This document shows, one piece after another, positions 33,456 to 42,833 of a stretch of DNA of 64,000 nt. This stretch comes from Gammaproteobacteria bacterium (GTDB lineage: Bacteria; Pseudomonadota; Gammaproteobacteria; RBG-16-57-12). The position numbers and the translations under genes were made by a program. Position 1 is the stretch's first letter, and each line of letters begins with the position of its first letter. The notes beneath the pieces are model-generated. The model saw nothing but the letters and a program-made list of their open reading frames with translations. It had not been told where the DNA came from and did not search any database. Location of the stretch: contig JAFLJP010000044.1 in assembly GCA_022712945.1 (NCBI GenBank), forward strand, positions 22,939-86,938, given 5' to 3'.

Positions 33456-33485
33456 TAAGAGCATCAATTTATTGCTGGCTACTCC

Positions 33486-33532
33486 GGAAGCTTGTGCTGG
33501 CAGAAATCTAACCAGACTTATTTGCGGCTCCC
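33486..33532. repeat. Half copy of the R5-type element
   Basis: GGAAGCTTGTGCTGGCAGAAATCTAACCAGACTTATTTGCGGCTCCC matches CATGCAGGCATCAGCCTAATTCTAACCAGACTTATTCAGAGCTTCCC at 42785-42830. Confidence 0.7.
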
Positions 33533-33603
33533 TTCATAATTGGGTCACGAAGCGGCGCATTATAACTTCAATCAGGGTTTTTTCATACCAAAGGTATCGA
33601 TCC

Positions 33604-33660
33604 GGTCCTGATTAAACATTCACACTCAAAGCGAGCGATTGCCAGGCAGAGACAGGCTAC
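33604..33660. repeat. Partial CTAGG-type copy (inverted)
   Basis: The reverse complement GTAGCCTGTCT...GAGTGTGAATGTTTAATCAGGACC matches 21296-21352, including a near-perfect 24-nt block. Confidence 0.75.
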
Positions 33661-33750
33661 ACACAACGAACTCGGCATGTAAGACTGTAATCGATTTTCT
33701 TTGTCTAATAGATCACTTGGCAAATAGGCGGTATCCATGTGAGAACTTCC

Positions 33751-34575
33751 TCAAGAATCACTCTCCATTCTGTGCGCAGCCCGTTGGGCTGCTTTGTCAA
33801 TGCTGTCAATAACCGCTTTGGTCAGCAGGGCGTTACTTCGCATGTTGGTTTTCGATTCACTGAGTTCAACATAGCGGCTTAACTCGGTATCATCCAAGGT
33901 GCGAAAGGCGTATAGGTATGAGAACTGTACGTGCTGTTTGATGTCTTGTGAGATGGTTTTTCGCACTTCGTCCTGCATTGTTCCCAGCTCCTCCTCATCA
34001 ATTTTCATATCGGCATCAAGCACCGGGTTGATGGCGCTGAATACCGAGCGGAAAAAGGCCAGTTGCAGGTTGGTGCTGAACTCACTGGTACGGTTGGCTT
34101 GATCCAGCCGTTCAATCAGTGCCATACGTGGTGCAGGAGCCGCTTGCTGTTTGAGTGCTTCTGCAAACCGCATCATCTCCTCTCTATTTTTTGGGTCACT
34201 GCTGGCACGTTCCATTTTGGCTGGCTTTATCCATTCCGGTTTGGAGAGCAGCACCAGATAGTGATCAGCAAGTGATTGTGTCATGTTTTGAGTGAGCTGG
34301 TTGCGGATGTCTCGTTCTATATTTTCTGTGGTGAAGGCGTTACTGAAAGCACCATTGAGTTGCGAGTTGACCTTGGGTTCATCTACCGCAAAGGCACTCT
34401 GTTTTAGTGCCGCGAGGGCCAAACGGGGGGTGGCGGCAATCAGGCGGTTAATGCCGGTCTCTTCTACTATTTTGTCGATAGTCGCTGGGTTGGTTTGTGC
34501 TTGTGCCGGTAGTGCGATAAGCAACAGTGCGGCAGATACAATCAATAAGCAGTTTCTTTTAGCGGTGTAGAGCAT
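33751..34575 (-). CDS. Hypothetical secreted/periplasmic helical protein
   Basis: 274 aa. Signal peptide LLIVSAALLLIALPAQAQT. Rich in charged and helical residues, and I recognise no catalytic motif. Confidence 0.65.
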   Translation of the reverse strand: MLYTAKRNCLLIVSAALLLIALPAQAQTNPATIDKIVEETGINRLIAATPRLALAALKQSAFAVDEPKVNSQLNGAFSNAFTTENIERDIRNQLTQNMTQSLADHYLVLLSKPEWIKPAKMERASSDPKNREEMMRFAEALKQQAAPAPRMALIERLDQANRTSEFSTNLQLAFFRSVFSAINPVLDADMKIDEEELGTMQDEVRKTISQDIKQHVQFSYLYAFRTLDDTELSRYVELSESKTNMRSNALLTKAVIDSIDKAAQRAAHRMESDS

Positions 34576-34631
34576 CTTTTGTCCTGTATCCGTTAATAAT
34601 AATTCTGATGGGTGCGGGAGCCGACAGTGTA

Positions 34632-34799
34632 CTAGCAGGCTGTCGGACTTGGGGAGTCGTAGCGAGAGAAAGCCATTTTGAGTCCATTTATTTGATCATT
34701 TGGGGCGAATATTGAGCATATTCAACGAAAAGGATCAGAGAAATGGGCCAAAATAGATTTTTCGCAGTCGATTCTTCCTAAGTCCGACAGCCTGCTAGG
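34632..34799. repeat. 168-bp long-hairpin element, CTAGG type (copy R3)
   Basis: CTAGCAGGCTGTCGGACTT...AAGTCCGACAGCCTGCTAGG. It shares GAGTCGT.GCGAG.GAAAGCCATTTTGAGTC and GGCCAAAAT.GATTTT.CGCAGT blocks with R2. Its last 5 nt overlap the final codon and TAG stop of the adjacent gene. Confidence 0.9.
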
Positions 34800-35487
34800 C
34801 AACGGTAAGGGAGAGTTCATCCAGCTTGCCTAGCTTAAATTTAATCTGGTCGCCCAGTTTGACCGGAATAGGCGTTGTTGCCGCACCGGTGATAATCCAG
34901 TCGCCGGTTTGAAGCTGTTCACCTTGTTCTTCTAAAATTTTTGCAATCTGGCAGAGTAGCGGGCCAAAGGCATTCGGTACACGGCTGCTATCGAGAGTTC
35001 GAACGGTTTCTCCATTCACGGTGAGAGTAGCGCTCAGTTGTTTAAGTTCCAGAGTGGTGGCTTTTTTCTTACCCAGCACTACCGCTTCATGGACTAAATT
35101 GCTCGCCAGTAGTGTGGTGATATTGTCGCCTTTGTTGCGGCTGGCATTGATTAGCTCTAGCGCAGTTGCATAGCAGCCAATCGCCATTTCTGCCTCTTCA
35201 ACGGTGCTGTTTGCAGTGAGTGTCTGGCTGAGTTGAATGGCAATTTCACCCTCAACTAGCAGTGAATCACTACTGTTGCAGCGATGCTCGCCTTGCTGTT
35301 GATAACAGCGCTCTGCTAGCAGGTAGCCGATTTGTGGTGTCGGCACTCCTACCGATTGCTGGTCACACTCGCGGTTAAAGCCTACTTTCCAGCCGATTCG
35401 CTGTGAGCCGTTATCCAGTGCATCACGCCACTGTTGCAGTTGTTGCTGCATCCCTTGTTGAATCTGATTTTTGATTGAATTGTTCAT
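34795..35487 (-). CDS. Fumarylacetoacetate-hydrolase-fold hydratase/decarboxylase family protein (2-keto-4-pentenoate hydratase-like)
   Basis: About 230 aa from MNNSIKNQ. Has RIGWKVGF and a C-terminal GDWIITGAATTPIPVKLGD, as in MhpD/HpcG-type enzymes. The ORF-track start at 35640 is an extension. Confidence 0.7.
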   Translation of the reverse strand: MNNSIKNQIQQGMQQQLQQWRDALDNGSQRIGWKVGFNRECDQQSVGVPTPQIGYLLAERCYQQQGEHRCNSSDSLLVEGEIAIQLSQTLTANSTVEEAEMAIGCYATALELINASRNKGDNITTLLASNLVHEAVVLGKKKATTLELKQLSATLTVNGETVRTLDSSRVPNAFGPLLCQIAKILEEQGEQLQTGDWIITGAATTPIPVKLGDQIKFKLGKLDELSLTVA

Positions 35488-35690
35488 GGTTAATCTGCTA
35501 GCACATTGATGATTTCGGCCATCATAGAGGGAAATGGTCAGGGGAGCCAGAGCTGCTCTGAAAGTGATTTTTTGCCGAGTGTTAAATTTGCAACTATTCA
35601 ATATGTTTTTAGCATCTATCACTGGATGAACAGGGGGCAATTGCCGTAGAATAACCCACCTTTCCGATGCCTTTCAATTTAAAGAGATAG

Positions 35691-38600
35691 ATGATGTTGC
35701 AATTACGTGGTTGCTCAGCCCTTTCCACCTTTCGTCTTGATAAACTGCTTGCTGCGATTCAGGTTCAATTACCTGGAATTAGCGCAATTTCAGCGGAGTT
35801 TGTTCACTTTGTCGCGGTTGACCGCACTTTGAGCAGCGAAGAGTTACAAACCTTAAATGAAGTTTTAAGCTACGGGCCAGAGACGAACCAGGATGAGCGT
35901 GAAGGCCATATGCTGGTGGTGATTCCACGTATCGGTACTATCGCTCCTTGGGCAACCAAAGCTTCTGATATTGCTAATAATTGTGGTTTGGGGGCGATTA
36001 AACGCATCGAGCGCGGCAGTTGTTTCAGCTTTGTTAAAGTCGATGGCAGCGCCCTTGACAGTACTGAAATAGAAATTATCGAACCCTTAATTCACGACCG
36101 CATGACCGAGACGGTGATTGAAGAGTTTGCCGATGCCGAGGCGCTGTTTACGGTGGCGGAGCCGCAACCGATGAGTTCGGTGGATATTTTGGGCGCAGGG
36201 CGTGATGCGCTGGTGGTTGCCAATCGGGAGCTGGGTCTGGCGCTGGCGGAAGATGAAATTGACTATCTGGTGGAGAACTTCACCGTACTCAATCGCAACC
36301 CCAATGACATCGAGCTGATGATGTTTGCTCAGGCAAATTCGGAACATTGTCGCCACAAGATCTTCAATGCTGACTGGATTATTGATGGTGAGGCGCAAGA
36401 TAAGTCACTGTTTTCCATGATCCGCAATACCCATGAAAACTATTCGACCGATGTGCTTTCGGCTTACAGCGATAATTCATCGGTGATTCGTGGCAACCAC
36501 GCCGGGCGTTTTTACCCCAATACAAGTGATCAAACCTACCACTACAATCAGCAGGCGATGCACATTCTGATGAAGGTGGAGACCCATAATCACCCTACCG
36601 CCATCTCACCATTCTCAGGGGCGGCAACCGGCTCGGGTGGTGAAATTCGTGATGAGGGGGCGACCGGACGCGGCTCCAAGCCCAAGGCGGGTATGACCGG
36701 CTTTAGTGTCTCCAACTTGCGTATTCCCGGTGCTGAGCAGCCGTGGGAGGAGAATTTTGGCAAGCCGGAGCGTATTGTCAGTGCGCTGGATATTATGGTC
36801 GATGGCCCACTGGGTGGCGCGGCTTACAATAATGAGTTTGGTCGCCCTAATTTGTGTGGCTATTTTCGTACCTATGAAGAGCGGGTGCCTGGCCCTCAAG
36901 GTGATGAGGTGCGGGGGTATCACAAGCCGATTATGCTGGCGGGTGGTTTTGGTAATATTCGCGATGATCATGTTGAAAAACAGCTTATTCCGGCGGGCTC
37001 TCAACTGGTGGTGCTGGGTGGCCCGGCGATGTTGATTGGTCTGGGCGGTGGTGCTGCCTCCTCGGTGGCCAGTGGTGAGTCATCTGAAAATCTGGATTTT
37101 GCCTCAGTACAGCGAGCCAACCCGGAGATTGAGCGCCGTTGTCAGGAGGTGATTGATCGCTGCTGGCAGATGGAGGCGAATAATCCGATTATCTCGATTC
37201 ACGATGTGGGTGCTGGTGGCATCTCCAATGCGATGCCAGAGCTGGTGAATGATGCCGGACGTGGGGCTAAATTTGAGCTGCGAGCGGTACCCAATGATGA
37301 ACCGGGCATGCCGCCGATGGCGATCTGGTGCAATGAGTCTCAAGAGCGCTACGTGCTGGCAATTGATGAGAGAGATATGCCGGTTTTCAAAGCGATCTGT
37401 GAGCGTGAACGCTGCCCTTATGCGGTGATTGGCGAGGCGACCGAGGCGCGCCACCTGACAGTGGGTGATGCTCACTTTGATAATACCCCGATTGATATGC
37501 CGCTGGAGGTGCTGCTGGGTAAACCGCCAAAGATGTTGCGTGATGTCAAGCATGCACCTTTCCAGAAGGTCGATTTTGATACCGGCAAGATCGATATCAA
37601 AGAAGCGGCTTATCGAGTGTTGCGCCTGCCTGCGGTGGCGGATAAAAGCTTTTTAATCACCATTGGTGATCGCTCGATTACCGGTCTGGTGGCCCGTGAT
37701 CAGATGGTAGGTCCTTGGCAGGTGCCGGTGGCTGATGTGGCGGTTACTGCTGCCAGTTATGATGTTTACAGTGGTGAGGCGATGGCGATAGGGGAGCGCA
37801 CCCCGGCGGCGATTCTACACCACGCCGCCTCCGCACGCATGGCGGTGGGTGAGGCGATTACTAATGTGGCAGCGGCTAATATCAATAAACTGAACGATAT
37901 TAAACTCTCGGCTAACTGGATGGCAGCAGCCGGGCACCCCGGTGAAGATGCGGGCTTGTATGAGGCAGTAAAAGCGGTGGGTATGGCGCTGTGTGCCGAA
38001 CTTGAGTTAACCATTCCGGTGGGTAAAGACTCGATGTCGATGAAGACAGTATGGGAGCAGGGCGGTGAAACCCGTTCAGTCACCTCGCCCCTGTCGCTGG
38101 TGATATCGGCCTTTGCGCCGGTGAGTGATGTACGTAAAACCCTGACCCCACAGTTACGAACCGATCAGGGTGATAGCGATTTGATTTTGATTGATCTGGG
38201 CAAGGGTAAAAATCGCATGGGTGCCACGGCGCTAGCTCAGGTCTATCGGCAAATTGGCCACCACCCAGCTGATCTGGACGATGCACAGTCGTTAAAGCAT
38301 TTTTTCGATGCGATTCAAACACTGAATGGTGATGGTAAATTACTGGCCTACCACGACCGCTCCGATGGTGGGCTGTTTGCTACCGTCACCGAGATGGCTT
38401 TTGCCGGTCATACTGGGGTGCAGATACTGCTGAATGATCTGGGTGATGATGCGGTTGCCGCGCTGTTTAGCGAAGAGCTGGGGGCCGTGGTTCAGGTGCG
38501 TCACCACGATACCGATGAGGCGCTGAAAGTGCTGCATGATGCAGGTCTTGGCCGATACAGCAGTGTGATTGGCAGTGTGGCAGAAAATGACAAAATAGAG

Positions 38601-39593
38601 TTTTTCCACAATGGCAAAGCGGTGTTGAGCGAGAGCCGTGTTGATCTCTATCGGGCTTGGTCTGAAACCACCTATAACATGCAGAAACTGCGTGATAACC
38701 CGGAGTGCGCCCAGCAGGAGTATGACCGCTTGCTGGATGTTAACGATCCGGGGCTGCACGCCAGCCTGAGCTTTGGCCTTGATGACAATATCGCCGCACC
38801 TTATATATCCACCGGCCTTAAACCGCGTATTGCAGTGCTGCGGGAGCAGGGGGTTAATGGGCAGATTGAGATGGCAGCGGCGTTTGATCGTGCCGGTTTC
38901 TCATCGGTTGATGTGCATATGAGTGATATTATCGAAGGGCGGGTTTCACTGGATGAATTCAAGGGGCTGGTGGCGTGTGGCGGTTTCTCTTACGGTGATG
39001 TATTGGGTGCCGGTGGTGGCTGGGCCAAGTCGATACTGCATAACAGCCGTGCCCGTGATCAATTTGCAGCCTTTTTCCAGCGTGACGACAGCTTTGGCCT
39101 CGGTGTCTGTAACGGCTGCCAGATGATCTCTAATCTGCACTCGTTAATTCACGGTGCGGATTTGTGGCCGCATCTGGTACGTAATGAATCAGAGCAGTTT
39201 GAAGCGCGTCTCACCATGGTCGAAATTATGGAGAATAACTCGGTATTTCTACAAGGTATGGCCGGTTCACGGATGCCGATTGCCGTCGCACACGGTGAGG
39301 GGCGGGTGCAATTCCGTGCCGGTACCAGCGCAGAGCAGGCGATGAGCGCTGGTGTGGTTGGTCTGCGTTATGTGGATAATCGCGGACAGGCGACCGAAAA
39401 CTACCCCATGAACCCCAACGGTTCACCACTGGGCATTGCCGGTGTCACCTCCCGCGATGGCCGCTTTACCATTATGATGCCGCACCCTGAGCGGGTATTT
39501 CGTGCCGTGCAACACTCATGGCATCCGGATGAGTGGGGTGAAGATGGCCCATGGATGCGGATGTTCCGCAACGCCCGGGTTTGGGTGGGTTGA
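35691..39593 (+). CDS. purL: Phosphoribosylformylglycinamidine synthase (single-chain large PurL)
   Basis: 1300 aa, [20 protein letters not shown] as in E. coli PurL. The C-terminal GATase has GVCNGCQM and HPER. Confidence 0.96.
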   Translation: MMLQLRGCSALSTFRLDKLLAAIQVQLPGISAISAEFVHFVAVDRTLSSEELQTLNEVLSYGPETNQDEREGHMLVVIPRIGTIAPWATKASDIANNCGLGAIKRIERGSCFSFVKVDGSALDSTEIEIIEPLIHDRMTETVIEEFADAEALFTVAEPQPMSSVDILGAGRDALVVANRELGLALAEDEIDYLVENFTVLNRNPNDIELMMFAQANSEHCRHKIFNADWIIDGEAQDKSLFSMIRNTHENYSTDVLSAYSDNSSVIRGNHAGRFYPNTSDQTYHYNQQAMHILMKVETHNHPTAISPFSGAATGSGGEIRDEGATGRGSKPKAGMTGFSVSNLRIPGAEQPWEENFGKPERIVSALDIMVDGPLGGAAYNNEFGRPNLCGYFRTYEERVPGPQGDEVRGYHKPIMLAGGFGNIRDDHVEKQLIPAGSQLVVLGGPAMLIGLGGGAASSVASGESSENLDFASVQRANPEIERRCQEVIDRCWQMEANNPIISIHDVGAGGISNAMPELVNDAGRGAKFELRAVPNDEPGMPPMAIWCNESQERYVLAIDERDMPVFKAICERERCPYAVIGEATEARHLTVGDAHFDNTPIDMPLEVLLGKPPKMLRDVKHAPFQKVDFDTGKIDIKEAAYRVLRLPAVADKSFLITIGDRSITGLVARDQMVGPWQVPVADVAVTAASYDVYSGEAMAIGERTPAAILHHAASARMAVGEAITNVAAANINKLNDIKLSANWMAAAGHPGEDAGLYEAVKAVGMALCAELELTIPVGKDSMSMKTVWEQGGETRSVTSPLSLVISAFAPVSDVRKTLTPQLRTDQGDSDLILIDLGKGKNRMGATALAQVYRQIGHHPADLDDAQSLKHFFDAIQTLNGDGKLLAYHDRSDGGLFATVTEMAFAGHTGVQILLNDLGDDAVAALFSEELGAVVQVRHHDTDEALKVLHDAGLGRYSSVIGSVAENDKIEFFHNGKAVLSESRVDLYRAWSETTYNMQKLRDNPECAQQEYDRLLDVNDPGLHASLSFGLDDNIAAPYISTGLKPRIAVLREQGVNGQIEMAAAFDRAGFSSVDVHMSDIIEGRVSLDEFKGLVACGGFSYGDVLGAGGGWAKSILHNSRARDQFAAFFQRDDSFGLGVCNGCQMISNLHSLIHGADLWPHLVRNESEQFEARLTMVEIMENNSVFLQGMAGSRMPIAVAHGEGRVQFRAGTSAEQAMSAGVVGLRYVDNRGQATENYPMNPNGSPLGIAGVTSRDGRFTIMMPHPERVFRAVQHSWHPDEWGEDGPWMRMFRNARVWVG

Positions 39594-39598
39594 TTGTT

Positions 39599-39626
39599 TT
39601 GAAGTGTGGTTTTAATCACACTTCAA
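39599..39626. other. Perfect 10-bp stem-loop 5 nt after the purL stop
   Basis: TTGAAGTGTG-gttttaat-CACACTTCAA, followed by an A-rich run rather than a T-rich one, so it is not a canonical intrinsic terminator on the plus strand. Confidence 0.6.
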
Positions 39627-39748
39627 GCAAACAAAAAAATAAATAAAAGAAGTAGTAAATATAATTTTGCGTATGACGATGTATACTCATAGCTGAAAAG
39701 GCTGTTTTCAGTGGACTTATAATAGTGCAGGCGGGTAATAAGAACAAA

Positions 39749-40024
39749 ATGAGCGAGCAGGCAAAGAAAATCGTAATTAAAGGTGTTACCCAGGAAGGGG
39801 GAAAGTTTCGTCCAAGTGATTGGGCAACTCGTCTTACCAATGCCGTCTCTAAGCCTGGTCGTGGTGGCCGTTTGATTTATAATCCCAAGGTTAAAATGGC
39901 GATAATTGATGGCATTAACTGTGTTGTGATTGACCCGAGCCTGGAGAGTGAAGAGGCAATGCTCTATGCTTTTTTGATCAACTTTGCGACTAGCAATAAT
40001 CTGCAGGTAGATATTCCGGAATAA
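39749..40024 (+). CDS. DUF3579-like small protein
   Basis: VIKGVTQEGGKFRPSDWATRL...INCVVIDPSLESEEAMLYAFLINFATSNNLQV matches my memory of the DUF3579 pattern. ATG 39749; an alternative GTG lies at 39725. Confidence 0.65.
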   Translation: MSEQAKKIVIKGVTQEGGKFRPSDWATRLTNAVSKPGRGGRLIYNPKVKMAIIDGINCVVIDPSLESEEAMLYAFLINFATSNNLQVDIPE

Positions 40025-40048
40025 TCTCTTGTGGCTGATAAATTAGAA

Positions 40049-40081
40049 GGCCAGAGTGGGTTCCCCGCTCTGGCCTTTTTT
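40049..40081. terminator. Bidirectional Rho-independent terminator
   Basis: GGCCAGAGTGGG-ttcc-CCGCTCTGGCC followed by TTTTTT, with an A-rich run upstream. It sits between the convergent DUF3579 and anti-sigma genes. Confidence 0.8.
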
Positions 40082-40109
40082 GTGGGCATGTCTAATGTTA
40101 AACCCCCTC

Positions 40110-40352
40110 TTATTTTGTCTGGTTCTGAGTGTAATGATCAAACAGGTTATCAACGATCTGTTTTGCTTTTTCATCGCTAATTGTGTTTGGTGTCATCTTG
40201 ACCATGTAAATCGTTGTGCGCAATTGTTTCAGGTAGCGACGACAGTGGCGGCAGAGGAGTAGGTGCATTTTTAACTGTAGTGTTTTAGAGAGGGGGAGTT
40301 GTTTTCCCAGATAGTCACCCGCCTGCTCTGTCAGCTCTTTACAACTTAGCAC
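40110..40352 (-). CDS. Zinc-finger (ZAS, zf-HC2) anti-sigma factor, short soluble form
   Basis: 80 aa. HLLLCRHC gives the H-x3-C-x2-C motif, and no TM segment is present. 7-nt overlap with the upstream ECF sigma gene. Confidence 0.75.
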   Translation of the reverse strand: MLSCKELTEQAGDYLGKQLPLSKTLQLKMHLLLCRHCRRYLKQLRTTIYMVKMTPNTISDEKAKQIVDNLFDHYTQNQTK

Positions 40353-40969
40353 GTGCCCTCCTGATGAAATATTTCAATCATGTTGCGTATCCGGTTTCGT
40401 GCACGGTGAAGCAGCACCCTTAAATTAGACTCACTAATATCGAGTAAATTACAGATCTCCTGGCTGGGTAACTCTTGTTGCTCGTACATATCGAGTGCTG
40501 TTCGTTGTTGGTGGGGTAGCTTTTCGATGGTTTTTTCGAGGCAGTCACCCAGCTGCTGACTTGAGAGTAGCGTTTCCGGGTCGTCACTCTCCCAGCGGCT
40601 GGGTGGGCTCTGCCAGTGGCCTTGTGAATTAAAACGTTGGGGATTGATTAGGGGCGAGTCATCCAGGGTATATTCACCCAAGTGCAGCTGGCGTGACTCC
40701 CGGCGCAGTCGGGATTTTGCTGCATTGGCTACAATGCGCATCAACCAGGTTTTGAAGCTGGAGCGACGCTCAAATTTATCAAGCCCTTTGGCCATCGATA
40801 ACCATGACTCTTGTACCACCTCTTCTGCAAAAGCATCACCGATGATCGAGCGTGCCAGATTAACCATGATGTACTGATAGTGTTTGACGACAATGATGTA
40901 GGTGGCCTGGTCTTTTTTTAATAACCCGCTGATTAACTGCTCGTCATCGGGTAGTGGCTTGTGGCTCAA
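40346..40969 (-). CDS. ECF-type RNA polymerase sigma-70 family factor
   Basis: 207 aa. Region 2 is AEEVVQESWLSMAKGLDKFERRSSFKTWLMRIVAN and region 4 is LPSQEICNLLDISESNLRVLLHRAR. TTG start at 40969 lies 6 nt after GGAG. Confidence 0.85.
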   Translation of the reverse strand: MSHKPLPDDEQLISGLLKKDQATYIIVVKHYQYIMVNLARSIIGDAFAEEVVQESWLSMAKGLDKFERRSSFKTWLMRIVANAAKSRLRRESRQLHLGEYTLDDSPLINPQRFNSQGHWQSPPSRWESDDPETLLSSQQLGDCLEKTIEKLPHQQRTALDMYEQQELPSQEICNLLDISESNLRVLLHRARNRIRNMIEIFHQEGTC

Positions 40970-41088
40970 GGTGAACTCCGATTGTCATTTGAAAAATCTT
41001 GCTGTTGTAACAATTTAACAGTAGATGAATCTGAATAACAATATTGTCATAAAATAGGGAGCGATTGTGCTCTCAGTGGGGGATTTTG

Positions 41089-42054
41089 ATGTTAGAGACA
41101 TTACCGTTGTTGGATCAGCGTGCTTTTCCGGCTATTCAGCGGACTACGTTACAGACCTTGCAAGTGAATCTGGGTTATCGCTGCAATTTGCAGTGTTTGC
41201 ACTGCCATGTCAATGCGGGGCCAAAGCGGACGGAGGAGATGGTGCGTGAGACTATTGAGCAGGTATTAACCTTTATCGATAAACAGAGTATCAAAACACT
41301 CGATTTGACAGGTGGTGCCCCAGAGCTGAATAGCGATTTTTGCTATCTGGTGAGCGAGGCGCGACGGAGGGGGGTGACGGTAATTGACCGTTGTAATCTC
41401 ACCATACTGCAAGAGCCGGGTATGGAATCACTGGCAGAGTTTTTGGCACAGCAGCAGGTCGAGGTGGTGGCCTCTCTTCCCTGTTATCTGGAGGAAAATG
41501 TGGATTCTCAGCGGGGTGATGGGGCATTTGATGGGAGTATTCAGGGGCTGCTTAAGCTAAATGGGTTGGGTTATGGGGTTGAAGGTTCCGGGCTGCAACT
41601 TAACCTGGTTTACAATCCGCAGGGTGTTGCACTGCCACCGCCACAGGATACGCTGGAGACGGCTTATAAAACGGCACTTTTTGAGCGTTACGGTATTGTA
41701 TTTAATCAACTGTTTACCATTACCAATGTACCGATCAAGCGGTTTGGCAGCATGCTGCTCTCCAGGGGAGAGTTTGAGCCTTACATGGATTTGTTACAAC
41801 AGTCGTATAGCAAAGACAATCTTGAATCCGTTATGTGTCGCACCTTGTTGAGTGTTGATTGGCAAGGGTATCTCTACGACTGTGATTTTAACCAAATGCT
41901 TGATCTGTCGTTGGGATGTGGTGACGGCAAGTCGATACATCTATCCCAGCTAACCCAGGCCAGTTTGGAAGGTGAATCCATTGTGGTGCGTGACCACTGT
42001 TATGCCTGTACCGCAGGGCAGGGGAGTAGCTGTGGTGGTGCGTTGAGCGAATGA
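41089..42054 (+). CDS. Radical SAM/Cys-rich domain protein (ArsS-like, arsenosugar-type radical SAM family)
   Basis: CNLQCLHC (CxxxCxxC) near the N-terminus. The C-terminal Cys-rich tail is CDFN...CGDG...CYACTAGQGSSCGG. About 321 aa from ATG 41089, with no in-frame TGA (the Cys rather than Sec form). Confidence 0.85.
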   Translation: MLETLPLLDQRAFPAIQRTTLQTLQVNLGYRCNLQCLHCHVNAGPKRTEEMVRETIEQVLTFIDKQSIKTLDLTGGAPELNSDFCYLVSEARRRGVTVIDRCNLTILQEPGMESLAEFLAQQQVEVVASLPCYLEENVDSQRGDGAFDGSIQGLLKLNGLGYGVEGSGLQLNLVYNPQGVALPPPQDTLETAYKTALFERYGIVFNQLFTITNVPIKRFGSMLLSRGEFEPYMDLLQQSYSKDNLESVMCRTLLSVDWQGYLYDCDFNQMLDLSLGCGDGKSIHLSQLTQASLEGESIVVRDHCYACTAGQGSSCGGALSE

Positions 42055-42728
42055 GTCAGCGTATTTCGATTATTATCCCCGCTCTAAATGAGGGTGACGG
42101 TATCACCTCAACATTGGCGCGATTGACTCCCTGCCGTGCCGATGGCCATGAGGTGATTGTGGTTGATGGTGGTAGCTGTGATGAGACTATGGCACTGGCC
42201 AGGCCACTTTCTGACCAGGTGATCAGCAGTGAGTGTGGTCGAGCACGCCAGATGAACCGTGGTGCCGCCCTCGCCTCGGGCGATATTTTACTTTTTCTGC
42301 ATGCGGATACCCAATTGCCAGAAAATGGCTTGCTTCTTATTCAGTCAGCACTCTCTGCTAAGAAAACCTGGGGGCGCTTTGATGTGCGATTGTCGGGTCA
42401 GCATCCTCTATTTCGCGTTATCGAAAAGATGATGAACTGGCGCTCCTCTTTCAGCGGAATATCAACGGGAGATCAAGCCATTTTTGTGCTGCGTGACCAG
42501 TTTGAGCGTATTGGTGGTTTTCCCGAACAGCTCTTGATGGAAGATGTTGAGTTGAGCAGACGGCTCAAAAAAATAGTGCCGCCATTTTGTATTCGAACCC
42601 CATTGACCACCTCCAGCCGCCGTTGGGAGCAGCGGGGTATTTTTACCACCATCCTGTTGATGTGGCGGTTGCGCTTTCTCTATTGGTTAGGTGTTGATGC
42701 CAGAAAACTGGCCAAGATGTATCGTTAA
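42051..42728 (+). CDS. GT-A fold (family 2-like) glycosyltransferase, rSAM-associated transferase type
   Basis: ISIIIPALNEGD, VIVVDGGSCDET and LFLHADTQLP. ATGA overlap with the radical SAM gene. Confidence 0.8.
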   Translation: MSQRISIIIPALNEGDGITSTLARLTPCRADGHEVIVVDGGSCDETMALARPLSDQVISSECGRARQMNRGAALASGDILLFLHADTQLPENGLLLIQSALSAKKTWGRFDVRLSGQHPLFRVIEKMMNWRSSFSGISTGDQAIFVLRDQFERIGGFPEQLLMEDVELSRRLKKIVPPFCIRTPLTTSSRRWEQRGIFTTILLMWRLRFLYWLGVDARKLAKMYR

Positions 42729-42833
42729 GGAAGCTCTGAACAAGTCATGATTATTTTACGTTGGCGAAAATTTCTTCTACATCCATGCAGGCATCAGCCT
42801 AATTCTAACCAGACTTATTCAGAGCTTCCCTAA
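42725..42833. repeat. 109-bp short hairpin element, TTAAGG type (copy R5)
   Basis: TTAAGGAAGCTCTGAACAAGTC...GACTTATTCAGAGCTTCCCTAA. Its first nucleotides include the TAA stop of the upstream gene, and its last A is the A of the downstream ATG. Confidence 0.85.

Noticed and set aside
41025-41057. 10-codon uORF (MNLNNNIVIK) upstream of the radical SAM gene, considered as a possible leader or precursor peptide
   Set aside because: It has no Shine-Dalgarno and no Cys/Ser/Thr-rich core expected for a radical SAM substrate peptide. It also lies upstream of the transcription start predicted from the candidate ECF-type promoter. It is most likely chance in AT-rich DNA.
41089-42054. Possible selenocysteine (in-frame TGA) in the ArsS-like radical SAM protein
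   Set aside because: The reading frame is uninterrupted and the C-terminal motif positions are Cys. No TGA plus SECIS-like hairpin was seen.
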